Below, piece by piece: positions 28,429 to 38,207 of a stretch of 55,024 nt of DNA (positions are counted from its first letter, which is position 1; each line of letters starts with the position of its first letter). Below the pieces are notes generated by a model that did no database searches, had not been told where the DNA came from, and saw only the letters and a list, made by a program, of their open reading frames with translations. The position numbers and the translations under genes are program-made. Source of the stretch: an uncultured archaeon (GTDB taxonomy: Archaea; Thermoplasmatota; Penumbrarchaeia; JASLWR01); contig CAYFHS010000014.1 in assembly GCA_964342815.1 (NCBI GenBank), positions 56,232-111,255 on the forward strand, given 5' to 3'.

Positions 28429-30984
28429 TCACTCTTTATTCGATCTTTTTTCTGCCAGAACTTCTTCCAGCTTTTTCAACTCCTTTTCCGACTTCGCGAC
28501 ACCTTTCGACGTACTGACGTATATTACGATCAACACCACGATAATGACAAGACCTATGACAAACCCCAGGATCAATCCATCGGAGTCCGAACCCTCTTCA
28601 CCCATATTTTGCAGGTCTTCCTGATCGGGAGTTTCTCCGGGTAATTTCACACGGATGGTCAATATCGCGCTTTTTTGTCCGATCTTGTCGATGCTTCTCG
28701 TCTGTATTATCCATTCTCCCCCATCTGGAGCGTTCCAATCGAAGTTCCAGTCCTTATTGCCGTTCACACCGTTCCAGTCTTGTTCCGGGTCCGTACTCCC
28801 TTCCTCCCAGGGGCGGAGAAATCTTATTTCCACCTGCTCAATGAGCCCCGTATCATCATCGGCGTTTCCCTGGATATTGATGTTGAGACTATCTATGAAA
28901 TCGTTATCGCTGGGTCCGATTATTGTTACCCCAGGCATCTGATGGTCGGAATAAATGGTAATAAAATTGATACTTTGCCTGCCCACAACATCCGTGACTC
29001 GTACGTAAATAAAATTCTTTCCACTGTTGATATTTATATCCGTCCCCCAATCCATATCATTACCCTGAATATCCTCTTCGTGAACTAGGTCGCCATTAAT
29101 ATCCCCTGAAGCATCCGGATTACCACCATCCTGGTTCCCGCGGTTATCTGCGAATATCTCGATATGAGCGAGATTTGCATTATCCGAGGCGTGTACACCT
29201 ATGTGAACACTTCCGCCCTCGATAACATCTCCATCACCCGGCTCGTTTATCTGTACAGCCGGTTCCTCCTTGTCCAATATAACGTTGTAGGATGTGGAGG
29301 TTTGACGGCCACCGATATCTATAATCATGAGCTCCATGTTGTGCTCACCTTCGGGAATATCTACATCCATTTGCTGCCCGTGATCCTTCGGGGGAGCTCC
29401 CTGACCAGGATCATGATTGTAATACTCCATCCAATCACCGTCATCGAACTTGTACTGCACCAAAAGGATTCCAACGTTGTCATTTACCTGGAGGTTGAAT
29501 GATAGAGGATTGTCCGATATGACATATTGATTTTCCTCCGGTTGAGGTGATTGTATCTGCGGGGGCTGTGTGTCAAAAATGAACCTGACCCTGTTATCTG
29601 CGTGTTTTTCGTTGGTCCGATCCCAGGCCTGAACCGCGACCTCGTATATTCCATCACCTTCGAATCTCAGGTGTGTCTTCCAATCGACCTTGGAGTTGAA
29701 TGTAGGTAAGCCATCATCTATGATAGTGAAAGCACCCGCCTCAGAACCTTTTTGTTCTTCTCCTAATTCGTTATACATCTTCCATTCCAACCACTGAACC
29801 CCACATGAATCCTCGACATAACCTACAAGGTCGCCTTCGTAGCTCGATTCATCCAATATATAGTATGGGACACCATCACCAAAATCCTTTTTCTCTACGC
29901 GCCAATCACCATGCCAGTCTTCGGGAATCAGATAATCGGATATCTCCACAATAGGGTCATCCGAATCATGGTATATTGTAATACTCTTCTCATCGTGCGC
30001 TCCTGTCATGTCCGTTGCCCTTATGGTGAAGGCGTTCGCTCCATCCTGCAGATCGATCACCTGGTTCCAGACATTATCCCCATCACTTGCGAGAATCTCC
30101 ATTTGAAATGGTCCATCACTGTTCAACCAGTATACTAATTCCGAAATTTGGTTATCATCACGGGCCCACCCATCCATTGTTATCGGACTTCCACCCTCGG
30201 TGAACACCTGGTCGGGGTTTGGGTAAGTGATGGAAACCTCGGGTGGATCGAGATCCACGTTGAACCGGCTATCCACCGTATCACTCTCCCGTCCTGCCCA
30301 ATCCAAAGCCTTCACATCCAACGTATGAACGCCAGGCCCGATGTTAATCTCCCGTGAAGACCAATCTGTCTGTGTAGGTTTATCCTGAAGGGAAATGGTT
30401 TCCGCCGATCCGTCCAATATGAAAACGATCTCTTTTAATCCGAAATTGTCATTGGCGGTTCCCGCCAAAGTGATCATATTGCCCTGGTGTACTTGATTCT
30501 TTTGAGGGTATTCAAGATCAATTGTGGGGGCCGATCCATCCACGGCGAAGCGAATGTCGGCACTCCATTCGGTCCAGTCCTCGGGAACACCGTTATCGTT
30601 CTGGTCTCTTACTCCAAAGACATGAAAGAACCACCATCCCTCGTCAAAATCGACGTCATTAAGGTTCAGCGAATGGCTTGTTCCATCAACCCTACCTTCA
30701 GCTCCTCTAAGCTGTGAATAATTTCCGTTATCACCTCTTTTGCCCGGGTCGTCAGTCCATTCGATTCGGTACCAGTCTACATCGGCAACGGGAGCCCATT
30801 CGATTTGCATGCTCCCGTGTAAACTGAAGATCGAATCCACTGCCGGCTGCCTGATCTCCGGTGTACCAGGAATCCCGGCTCCGGATGCGTTGCCATTCCC
30901 GGGTGCCTGTACAAGAAATAACATACTGCACGCAATCAAAATGAACAAGATAGTTATCGCACTGATCCTTTGTATTATTGTCAT
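28429..30984 (-). CDS. surface protein with tandem Ig-like domains and C-terminal TM
   Basis: Signal peptide, repeated D..PP.V.I..P Ig linkers, C-terminal TM and basic tail; GGTGA SD. Confidence 0.8.
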   Translation of the reverse strand: MTIIQRISAITILFILIACSMLFLVQAPGNGNASGAGIPGTPEIRQPAVDSIFSLHGSMQIEWAPVADVDWYRIEWTDDPGKRGDNGNYSQLRGAEGRVDGTSHSLNLNDVDFDEGWWFFHVFGVRDQNDNGVPEDWTEWSADIRFAVDGSAPTIDLEYPQKNQVHQGNMITLAGTANDNFGLKEIVFILDGSAETISLQDKPTQTDWSSREINIGPGVHTLDVKALDWAGRESDTVDSRFNVDLDPPEVSITYPNPDQVFTEGGSPITMDGWARDDNQISELVYWLNSDGPFQMEILASDGDNVWNQVIDLQDGANAFTIRATDMTGAHDEKSITIYHDSDDPIVEISDYLIPEDWHGDWRVEKKDFGDGVPYYILDESSYEGDLVGYVEDSCGVQWLEWKMYNELGEEQKGSEAGAFTIIDDGLPTFNSKVDWKTHLRFEGDGIYEVAVQAWDRTNEKHADNRVRFIFDTQPPQIQSPQPEENQYVISDNPLSFNLQVNDNVGILLVQYKFDDGDWMEYYNHDPGQGAPPKDHGQQMDVDIPEGEHNMELMIIDIGGRQTSTSYNVILDKEEPAVQINEPGDGDVIEGGSVHIGVHASDNANLAHIEIFADNRGNQDGGNPDASGDINGDLVHEEDIQGNDMDWGTDININSGKNFIYVRVTDVVGRQSINFITIYSDHQMPGVTIIGPSDNDFIDSLNINIQGNADDDTGLIEQVEIRFLRPWEEGSTDPEQDWNGVNGNKDWNFDWNAPDGGEWIIQTRSIDKIGQKSAILTIRVKLPGETPDQEDLQNMGEEGSDSDGLILGFVIGLVIIVVLIVIYVSTSKGVAKSEKELKKLEEVLAEKRSNKE

Positions 30985-31053
30985 TTACCATTCACCTCGG
31001 CAAGAAAAAACGATTTTTATATAACTCATTCTCAATATAAAAGGATTTCCGAT

Positions 31054-31290
31054 AGAATGAATCACCCACAGATGAAGCTGCGGGTTTCATTCTCGGCGCT
31101 TGCGGACCGGAACGCTGCGCTGCATCCACAGGGTAATATCCCGAGGATGCAAGGGCATCTCGATGCCATGGAGGGAAACGGGCATCCCTCGGAAACAAGT
31201 TTCCATCAGGACAATGCAGAATCTGCTTCCCCTTCTCCTCAGCTATCGATTGATAATGTAGGAGAAATGGATTCCTGCAGATATAATGGC
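31054..31290 (-). ncRNA. candidate structured hairpin-array element (R3)
   Basis: Series of hairpins including GGAAAC-TT-GTTTCC (minus strand), GGCATC-GA-GATGCC and a 40-nt stem at 31054-31093. Confidence 0.4.
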
Positions 31291-31316
31291 AAGAATCGTT
31301 CGCATAACAACGGGAA

Positions 31317-32195
31317 TCATCGGGTCTCCTTTGACAACATCTCTGCAATCTCTACATAGAAAGATAGGTGATCGAAATAACCGTCGTTGAACCGTCGGAT
31401 GAATTTCAGAGAAAGCTCCCGAATTTTTTCCGGTACCTTCAGGTTCTCAGGTATATTTATAAAATTCCCCCAACCGATCTGTTCCAGGTGGTCTGCGTCA
31501 ATTGTCCTGATATATTCCCCCCATTTCGATCCTTCCACGGTGACCAGGCCGTCGTTGGGACCGAAATTCTCAGTCAGGTACATAAACGACGTATGGAAAA
31601 ACTCCCTTCTGTGGATGTATTTCTTGGCACCTGCATACGAAAAATATTTCACTCCTGGAGCGTCGGGAGTGGTCTCATTGAACTCTTGGATGGACTTCGT
31701 TGTCAGGTCTCCGAAAGCTTCCATATCGACGAAGAGTTTTTTCAGGACATCGATTATTTTCAGTTCCTCGCCAAATGCCGTTGGTATAAGATCTATAACG
31801 GGATCGAAGGTATGGGGTGTGCTGATGGTGGTGAGAGAGTCCACATAAGTGTCCATTCCCAAGCGGGAGATCATATATCTTGCATCCAGGCCGCCCATGC
31901 TGTGAGCGATTATATTTAGACCAGGAACTATTGAGCCATCAATTTTGGTGTTTCCGTTTCCCTTTTCCAAAACTACCAGTCTTTCGGACAGTTCGGGAAT
32001 GTTGAGGATAGCTTCTTTTAGCTCACCAGCACGTTTAGCAATACTTCCCGCCTTGCTCACCTTGGTGGAATATGCCTCGTAGCCTTTCTCGCGGAGCTGG
32101 CTTAAAACGCCATTGAAATATCGGATGAAGAATATCCTGTTAAAACCCAGTACACCGTGGGCAAGGATTATTGGTCCTAATTCCTTATGATCCAT
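31317..32195 (-). CDS. alpha/beta hydrolase, triacylglycerol lipase-like
   Basis: PIILAHG, IIAHSMGGLDARY nucleophile elbow, TTISTPH, NDGLV, DHLEQIG. Confidence 0.88.
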   Translation of the reverse strand: MDHKELGPIILAHGVLGFNRIFFIRYFNGVLSQLREKGYEAYSTKVSKAGSIAKRAGELKEAILNIPELSERLVVLEKGNGNTKIDGSIVPGLNIIAHSMGGLDARYMISRLGMDTYVDSLTTISTPHTFDPVIDLIPTAFGEELKIIDVLKKLFVDMEAFGDLTTKSIQEFNETTPDAPGVKYFSYAGAKKYIHRREFFHTSFMYLTENFGPNDGLVTVEGSKWGEYIRTIDADHLEQIGWGNFINIPENLKVPEKIRELSLKFIRRFNDGYFDHLSFYVEIAEMLSKETR

Positions 32196-32278
32196 CCCTG
32201 ATGGCGCTTTAAGTTCCCTATGCATTGGAATCACTGCTTATTGAGCGGATTTATCACTGTGTGGCTATCACAAGAAGG

Positions 32279-34636
32279 TTATCCCCAAGCACTCTTGAAC
32301 TCATCCACGGTCTTCTTGCCACCTTCGATCTCGGTTGCGTCCTCCAATAGAAAATTTGCTTCCTCTATCCCGTCTTTGTCACCGATCTGTGTAAATATAT
32401 TTATCGCTCCCTTGAGCGTTTCCTTCGCTGATCTTATCTTGTTGTCCCCGATCTGCTTCTTCGCGATTTCGTTATATGTGTCACCGAGGGTCCGTATCGT
32501 GTTAGTTATGTTCGCTATATCGGATATTTCCCTGAAGATGTTCAGCGATTGATTGAAATGCTCCAAGGATTCCTGAAAATGTTTCTCTTTGGTTGACATC
32601 ACACCCATTTGGAAATAGATCTCGGCAACCCCCTTTTTCGAGGCAACCTCTTTTAAAATCTCAAGACTTTTCTTGTAATATTTTGCAGCGCTGTCGTATT
32701 TCTTCTTGAGAAAATGGATGTTTGCCATCTGGTGAAGCGTCTCCCCATAACCATTCTTATCCCGTATTTCCTTGAATATCTTCTGTGATTTATTGTAATG
32801 TCCTAAAGCCTTCGTGTATTTGTAGTCCAGGTGATAAATGGAGGCCAGCTTGTGATGAACCATTGCAGTCATTTTTTTGTTTTCGGTTTCCTCAAAAAGG
32901 TCCATCGCGCTCGAATAATTCTTATGGGCATCTTCGAAATCCTCCTTGATCTGATATAGTGTCCCAATATTCATCAATGTGTTCGCAATATTTTCTTTCT
33001 CTTCGTTCTTCCGGTAAATTCGAAGTGTCTGGTTGTAGTATTTCAATGAGCTATCAAAATCCCCCATGAACTGATAAATAGCAGCCATACGCTGAAGAGC
33101 GATACATTTGTTGTTGATATCTCCTTCCGAGGTGAAATGGTCAACAAGCATGTTATGAAGTTCCAGTGCTTTCGCCCACCGCTGGTTCTTTTCAAGTACT
33201 TTGACGAGTTTTTCGATAACCGATATGCGGTACTCGTCGTTCCCTAGCATCATTGCATCCGAGAGCGCTCGTTCGTATCCCAGAAGAGCCACATCCGAAC
33301 TGCCCGACAAAAAACCTTCATGAGCCATGAAAGTGTTGTAAGAATAGGATTTCTCCCTTTCTCCAGAGTTAAAATAGTGATGACAAATGCACCACATCAG
33401 CTTGAAATCGAATTTCTTTTCCCGGTCTGTTTCGTTCCTGAATCTTTCCTCGTAATATTCACCCATATTCTGGTGATAGGCTTTTCTCCGTTCCTCGTCG
33501 ATGGATTCAGACAAGTGTTTCCTGATCAAAGGATGGAAAAAATATCCATTCTCGTCCATTATATCCAGTGATACCGCTTTTTCCAAAAGATTGCTAATTT
33601 CTTCCTCTGAGAATGGAAATATCTTCGTCAATTCTGTAATGTCAGACCTTCTGAGAAGCAATGAATACTGCTCAATGAATCTCGTGAACTTCTTTCCTTG
33701 TTTCTCGATTTCCTTCCGCAGGAAATTTGCGTATATTTGCGGGCCCTCCCTTCCTTCCGCTTTCTTAAATGCGTCCGAATTCTCCAAAAGAAAACCAAAG
33801 TAAAAGGCGTTGCTTTTTGAGACCTTCTTGAAATCGGAAAGGTCTTCATTGGAAAGTTTCTTATCATTGACTGCGGAATACCAGTTAGAAATACATCCTG
33901 AATCGATCCCGTTCACTTCCAACAATCTGCTGTTCTGTAATCCGGAAGTAAAGTTGATCTTTTCCGCAGTATGCTCTTCGTCATCGAATACCATGATGAA
34001 ATAAACATTATCCAGCGATCTCGAAACCACATTAGCTATATTGGTTAGAGCCGTGAATAATATGTTTTGTGCTCTCGGAAAGTAAAGGACAAATTTCATT
34101 TTAGATCGTTTCAAATATCCCGCGATATTCTCGAAAAGATGGACGGTAGCATTTATGAAAATCTGTTGATTGTTCTTTTGATAGTCATCCGGCTCCGGAA
34201 GTGTCATAATGACACCGTCTTCGTCTTTTGGTTGAATGTTCAGGAATCCGTAGAACTCGCTATCGAATTTACTCTTGAAACGTTCCCTCAACCGAGAGTA
34301 AATATCATGAAGCAGTACGATTGTTGCCTCCCTTTCACCTTTTCGTATCCTTCTTGTAGAAGCAACAAGAACCTTGCGCCTTTTTGAATTTTCTTCGTCG
34401 ACCGCACCCGTAGTGAGATTTTCTATAAGGTCGGTAAGTGATTCCACCAGGGCTTCACAATCCCTACCGATACCATCAGCCCTGTATACGCCTTTCACCG
34501 CCCTTCCCGCCATTAAATATTTGCCCAGTACATTTTCGATAAGAGAGCTTTTGCCAGCTCCAACCGCTCCTTTGACCACAAGACAACCCTTTCCGCTCTT
34601 TAGAAAATCCAGGAAAGTCAATCTCTCCTTCTTCAT
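32279..34636 (-). CDS. P-loop (STAND/AAA-like) domain + TPR-repeat protein
   Basis: GAVGAGKSSL Walker A, FFHPLIR wHTH-region motif, about 7-8 TPRs with GDFDSSLKYY-type repeats; start placed at MKKER. Confidence 0.75.
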   Translation of the reverse strand: MKKERLTFLDFLKSGKGCLVVKGAVGAGKSSLIENVLGKYLMAGRAVKGVYRADGIGRDCEALVESLTDLIENLTTGAVDEENSKRRKVLVASTRRIRKGEREATIVLLHDIYSRLRERFKSKFDSEFYGFLNIQPKDEDGVIMTLPEPDDYQKNNQQIFINATVHLFENIAGYLKRSKMKFVLYFPRAQNILFTALTNIANVVSRSLDNVYFIMVFDDEEHTAEKINFTSGLQNSRLLEVNGIDSGCISNWYSAVNDKKLSNEDLSDFKKVSKSNAFYFGFLLENSDAFKKAEGREGPQIYANFLRKEIEKQGKKFTRFIEQYSLLLRRSDITELTKIFPFSEEEISNLLEKAVSLDIMDENGYFFHPLIRKHLSESIDEERRKAYHQNMGEYYEERFRNETDREKKFDFKLMWCICHHYFNSGEREKSYSYNTFMAHEGFLSGSSDVALLGYERALSDAMMLGNDEYRISVIEKLVKVLEKNQRWAKALELHNMLVDHFTSEGDINNKCIALQRMAAIYQFMGDFDSSLKYYNQTLRIYRKNEEKENIANTLMNIGTLYQIKEDFEDAHKNYSSAMDLFEETENKKMTAMVHHKLASIYHLDYKYTKALGHYNKSQKIFKEIRDKNGYGETLHQMANIHFLKKKYDSAAKYYKKSLEILKEVASKKGVAEIYFQMGVMSTKEKHFQESLEHFNQSLNIFREISDIANITNTIRTLGDTYNEIAKKQIGDNKIRSAKETLKGAINIFTQIGDKDGIEEANFLLEDATEIEGGKKTVDEFKSAWG

Positions 34637-34744
34637 CCCATAGAACCGAGCTTGGGAACCCTTTTTTTCATCCGTTAGTTCTGTCAAACAATCACCTGTC
34701 ACAAAGGATAGACACAATCCTTGAAAAGGTTATTAATTTTTTCA

Positions 34745-35803
34745 TTACGATTCACAGCTCCGGTACCACGGCCGAAATGAGTAACTTCGCAGGTCACCAT
34801 CTTTTTTCAAACTGTAATTCTTACCAAGGAACTTCTCAAAGATTCGTAGACCGGTCAAGAAATGGCGGCTGGGATTCTTCACGCATATTTCTCCACCAAA
34901 CAATCCAACATAAGGAAATATTTGATCTGCTAGATTTGAATCAATACAAGGCTGTTCAATCTGGTTTAAATGATCTCTTGCCAACTTTTTTCCTATACGC
35001 TCGGTCGGAATATTTTTCATACCACATCGGGAACGTGCAATTATTCCACTTTCGAATTTCGTTACCGAGCATGCGCTCACACCTACCCGCCAGGTATCGG
35101 GGGAGTACGTATTATTCACAATAAAATTAATATCATCAAAATGATTACGGGATATTATTTTCATCTCCTTATCGAAGGATGAGCATAACCGCCTTGATAT
35201 GTGATCAGGGAGATTGGTGGATGTTACATATAGCGAGGTTTCTTTTTGATCACCCTTTTCCAGAAAAGAGAGAGGAGCCAGTGCAGAATTTCTTTCCACC
35301 GATAAACGGATTTTCCCTTTTCCTAAAGGAAAATATCCCCTTTTTAATACCGATAAATCAATCTTGGAGAAAAAACCCGATAGAAGTGGAAGAAAGGCAT
35401 GCTGGAAATATGAGGACGTGGGAGCGAATGGGACATCCGTACCACCACGTACATTAAGGCAGCAAGCGCCATCCGCAACCAATGCAATCGGCAGGAATAC
35501 CGATACCAAAAGAGTTATACTACCTCCCACGATGTCCACTGAGAAAATTCCTGGTTTCGCCTTGCCCGGTATGAAAGATAGTCCACGGGTACCCACATTC
35601 ACTTCGCTTATGTAAGCCCCAGTCATCTGTTCGGCCAGCTTTACACAACCCACATGTTGTTTTCTAAGCCCGGGTTTGGGGCGGTTTCCCCTTATATTTA
35701 CAATTCGAAACTGCTTCCCCGTAAGCGCCGAGTACACCAGGGATGTTCTAAGTATCTGCCCACCTCCTTCCCCTAAAGAGCCGTCTATCGTAATGCTTTC
35801 CAT
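34745..35803 (-). CDS. rtcA: RNA 3'-terminal phosphate cyclase
   Basis: IDGSLGEGGGQILRTSL, RPKPGLRKQH, GGTDV..AP, RGYFPLGKG, LADQI, SRH. Confidence 0.9.
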   Translation of the reverse strand: MESITIDGSLGEGGGQILRTSLVYSALTGKQFRIVNIRGNRPKPGLRKQHVGCVKLAEQMTGAYISEVNVGTRGLSFIPGKAKPGIFSVDIVGGSITLLVSVFLPIALVADGACCLNVRGGTDVPFAPTSSYFQHAFLPLLSGFFSKIDLSVLKRGYFPLGKGKIRLSVERNSALAPLSFLEKGDQKETSLYVTSTNLPDHISRRLCSSFDKEMKIISRNHFDDINFIVNNTYSPDTWRVGVSACSVTKFESGIIARSRCGMKNIPTERIGKKLARDHLNQIEQPCIDSNLADQIFPYVGLFGGEICVKNPSRHFLTGLRIFEKFLGKNYSLKKDGDLRSYSFRPWYRSCES

Positions 35804-35936
35804 AGGTGATATAGAAAGCTATTCTATATAATAAATAAAGGTACGCTTTTCCATAGTTACCAATTTTAAAAATACTTCCCCAGCAAATCATCCAATTCTA
35901 AGAACCCCCTCAAATAATTCTAAATTTCTAGGATTA

Positions 35937-37952
35937 TCATTGTTTATTATGATCGCAACCCATATTGATGCATATGATCCAGGGTTTCCTCCCTCTTGTA
36001 ATTACCTTAATTTTAGGTGCCTGGCAAACGGGACACTTTTCTCCAAGTATCAAAATACGTCCCCTCTGGGGTAACGGATAAGAGTTCCGGCATTTCGGAT
36101 AACCACCACAAGATGCAAATCTTTTACCCCGTCTTGATTCCCTTATGGCCATATCGTTACCGCATTTCGGGCATTCACCCAAAATCTTCTGATCTTCCAA
36201 TGCCTTCTTAATGCTGTCGCCGATCTTCGTTCGGTTTTTCACGAGAACCTCAAATATCCTAGAAAGCATTTCACGGGATTCTCTTGAAACATCATCAGGA
36301 TTCATCTTGCCCTCCGCGATGAGGTCCATGTCTTTCTCTAACTGCTTAGTCATGTCGGGAAGAGTAATTGGTTTTGAATACTTTTCCATAGCTTCGATGA
36401 CCGCTTTTCCTGATAGTGTCGGACCCAGCGGTGAAGAGATGACGAATTCACGGTCCACTAATTTTTTGATTATCTCATGACGGGTAGATTTGGTTCCCAA
36501 TCCTAGTTTATCCATATCGGATATCAACGAACCCTGAGAGTATCTCGATGGTGGTTTGGTTTCCTTATCTTCCTTGAATACCTTGATGACATCCACCATG
36601 TCGCCAGCTTTCATTTCGGGAAGACTTTTTTCTGTTATACCATTAAAGGTATAATATTTCCTCCACCCGGAACTAATAATGGCCAGTGATTTAGCGACAA
36701 ATATTTCTCCAGAAATGTCAATGTTCACGGTTCCGTTCTTTACTATGCAGTTCTCCCCTAGTGTGGCAAAAAATCTTCTTACCACAAGATCGAATATTTT
36801 TTTCCCCTCTCCTCCCAGTTCGTTCTCCTTAGGACAGTTAGTTGGATGTATTGGAGGATGATCCGTCGCCTCCTTTTTTCCCCTCGTTGGATGAAGCTTT
36901 TTTCCTGATAGAATCTCTCTAGCAAAGTCTCGGTATGCATCCAGTCCCTCGAAGATTTCGAGAATAGAACGTAGGTTCAAGCTTTTGGGATAAACTGTGT
37001 TATCGGTTCTTGGATAGCTTATAAAACCGCGAGTGTAAAGGTCCTCGGCAACAGACATGGCTTTTGAAGCTGTTAGTCCAAGCTTGGTGGCGTCTTTTAA
37101 AAACGAAGTAGTATTGAAGGGGGCGGGTGGACGTTGAGTTGTCTTTCTTCCCACGACATTCGTCACCTCGGCCTTCTCTTCGCTCTTAATCTTCAAGAGG
37201 ATTTTTTCTGCTTCATCCCTGCTCTTGAATTTTCCTTTTGTATGTTTTGATAAGAATGAGGACCCTTTTTTTAGTTCCGCTTTTATTAAAAAATACTGTT
37301 CTGGGACGAAAGCTTCGATCTGACGTTCACGGTTCACAAGAAGTGCCAAAGTAGGTGTCTGGACCCTCCCAATTGAGAGAAAATCATATCCCAGCCGTTC
37401 CGAAGCCAATGAGATGAACCTTGTTAGAGAAGCACCCCAAACCAGATCCAGATGCTGTCTTGTGTATGCCGCATTGGCAAGATTCCGGTCGATCTCCCCC
37501 AATTCAGTGAATGCCTTCATTATCTCAAACTTGGTAAGTGATGAAAAACGGACCCGGTTGACATTGAGACCATCCCGATTGATAATATCAAGGGCCTCAG
37601 TACCAATCAACTCTCCCTCCCGATCATAATCGGTAGCTATGATGACATTATCATGCAGCTTCACAAGAGCCTTCAATGCCCGGATAATGCTTATTTCCTT
37701 GTTTACCGTCTCGGTTTCAATATGTATGAGGTCTTTTGGATCAATCCCTTGCCAGTTATTATATTTCGGGGGAAAATCGAGGGCCACGATATGACCTCTC
37801 AGGCCAATGATATCGTAATCTTCTCCTGATAAAGAAAATGAATAATAAGGACGATTATATTTCCGGACCATCTTCATATTGTTGTCGGATAGTATTCGTG
37901 ATATCCTTTGTGCTGCATTGTTCTTCTCGCATATTATCAGTGTCATGGTCAT
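35937..37952 (-). CDS. topA: DNA topoisomerase I (type IA)
   Basis: TOPRIM IICEK / IATDYDREGE, SIGRVQTPTL, active-site ISYPRTD, GLGTKSTR, C-terminal Zn ribbons. Confidence 0.96.
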   Translation of the reverse strand: MTMTLIICEKNNAAQRISRILSDNNMKMVRKYNRPYYSFSLSGEDYDIIGLRGHIVALDFPPKYNNWQGIDPKDLIHIETETVNKEISIIRALKALVKLHDNVIIATDYDREGELIGTEALDIINRDGLNVNRVRFSSLTKFEIMKAFTELGEIDRNLANAAYTRQHLDLVWGASLTRFISLASERLGYDFLSIGRVQTPTLALLVNRERQIEAFVPEQYFLIKAELKKGSSFLSKHTKGKFKSRDEAEKILLKIKSEEKAEVTNVVGRKTTQRPPAPFNTTSFLKDATKLGLTASKAMSVAEDLYTRGFISYPRTDNTVYPKSLNLRSILEIFEGLDAYRDFAREILSGKKLHPTRGKKEATDHPPIHPTNCPKENELGGEGKKIFDLVVRRFFATLGENCIVKNGTVNIDISGEIFVAKSLAIISSGWRKYYTFNGITEKSLPEMKAGDMVDVIKVFKEDKETKPPSRYSQGSLISDMDKLGLGTKSTRHEIIKKLVDREFVISSPLGPTLSGKAVIEAMEKYSKPITLPDMTKQLEKDMDLIAEGKMNPDDVSRESREMLSRIFEVLVKNRTKIGDSIKKALEDQKILGECPKCGNDMAIRESRRGKRFASCGGYPKCRNSYPLPQRGRILILGEKCPVCQAPKIKVITRGRKPWIICINMGCDHNKQ

Positions 37953-38207
37953 TCCGCCGGAGGAAGTTTGGTGAACATGAATAATTTATAAAAAGATGTT
38001 GGCGATAATCTTTGGCCATTGTCGGTACTCAGGGAGCAAAAAATACCTAATATGTAGTCCTTAACCATTAAGAATAACCCATGGAAACCCACATTGTTTA
38101 AAGAAATCCACCCCTGCTTTAAGAAAATCCTGGAAAAAAACCAGTAATATTTATCTACTATAAACCTACAATCAATTTATATATTATTTAGACGAGGAAA
38201 TGAGAAT

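Noticed and set aside
31054-31290. RNase P RNA or SRP RNA (also considered for R1 and R2)
   Set aside because: No GAGGAAAGUCC / ACAGAA..GGCUUA conserved regions and no SRP helix 8 motif on either strand.
31299-31308. TTCGCATAAC matching the attC-like left ends
   Set aside because: Isolated 10-mer with no partner arm or leader; plausible by chance in 55 kb.
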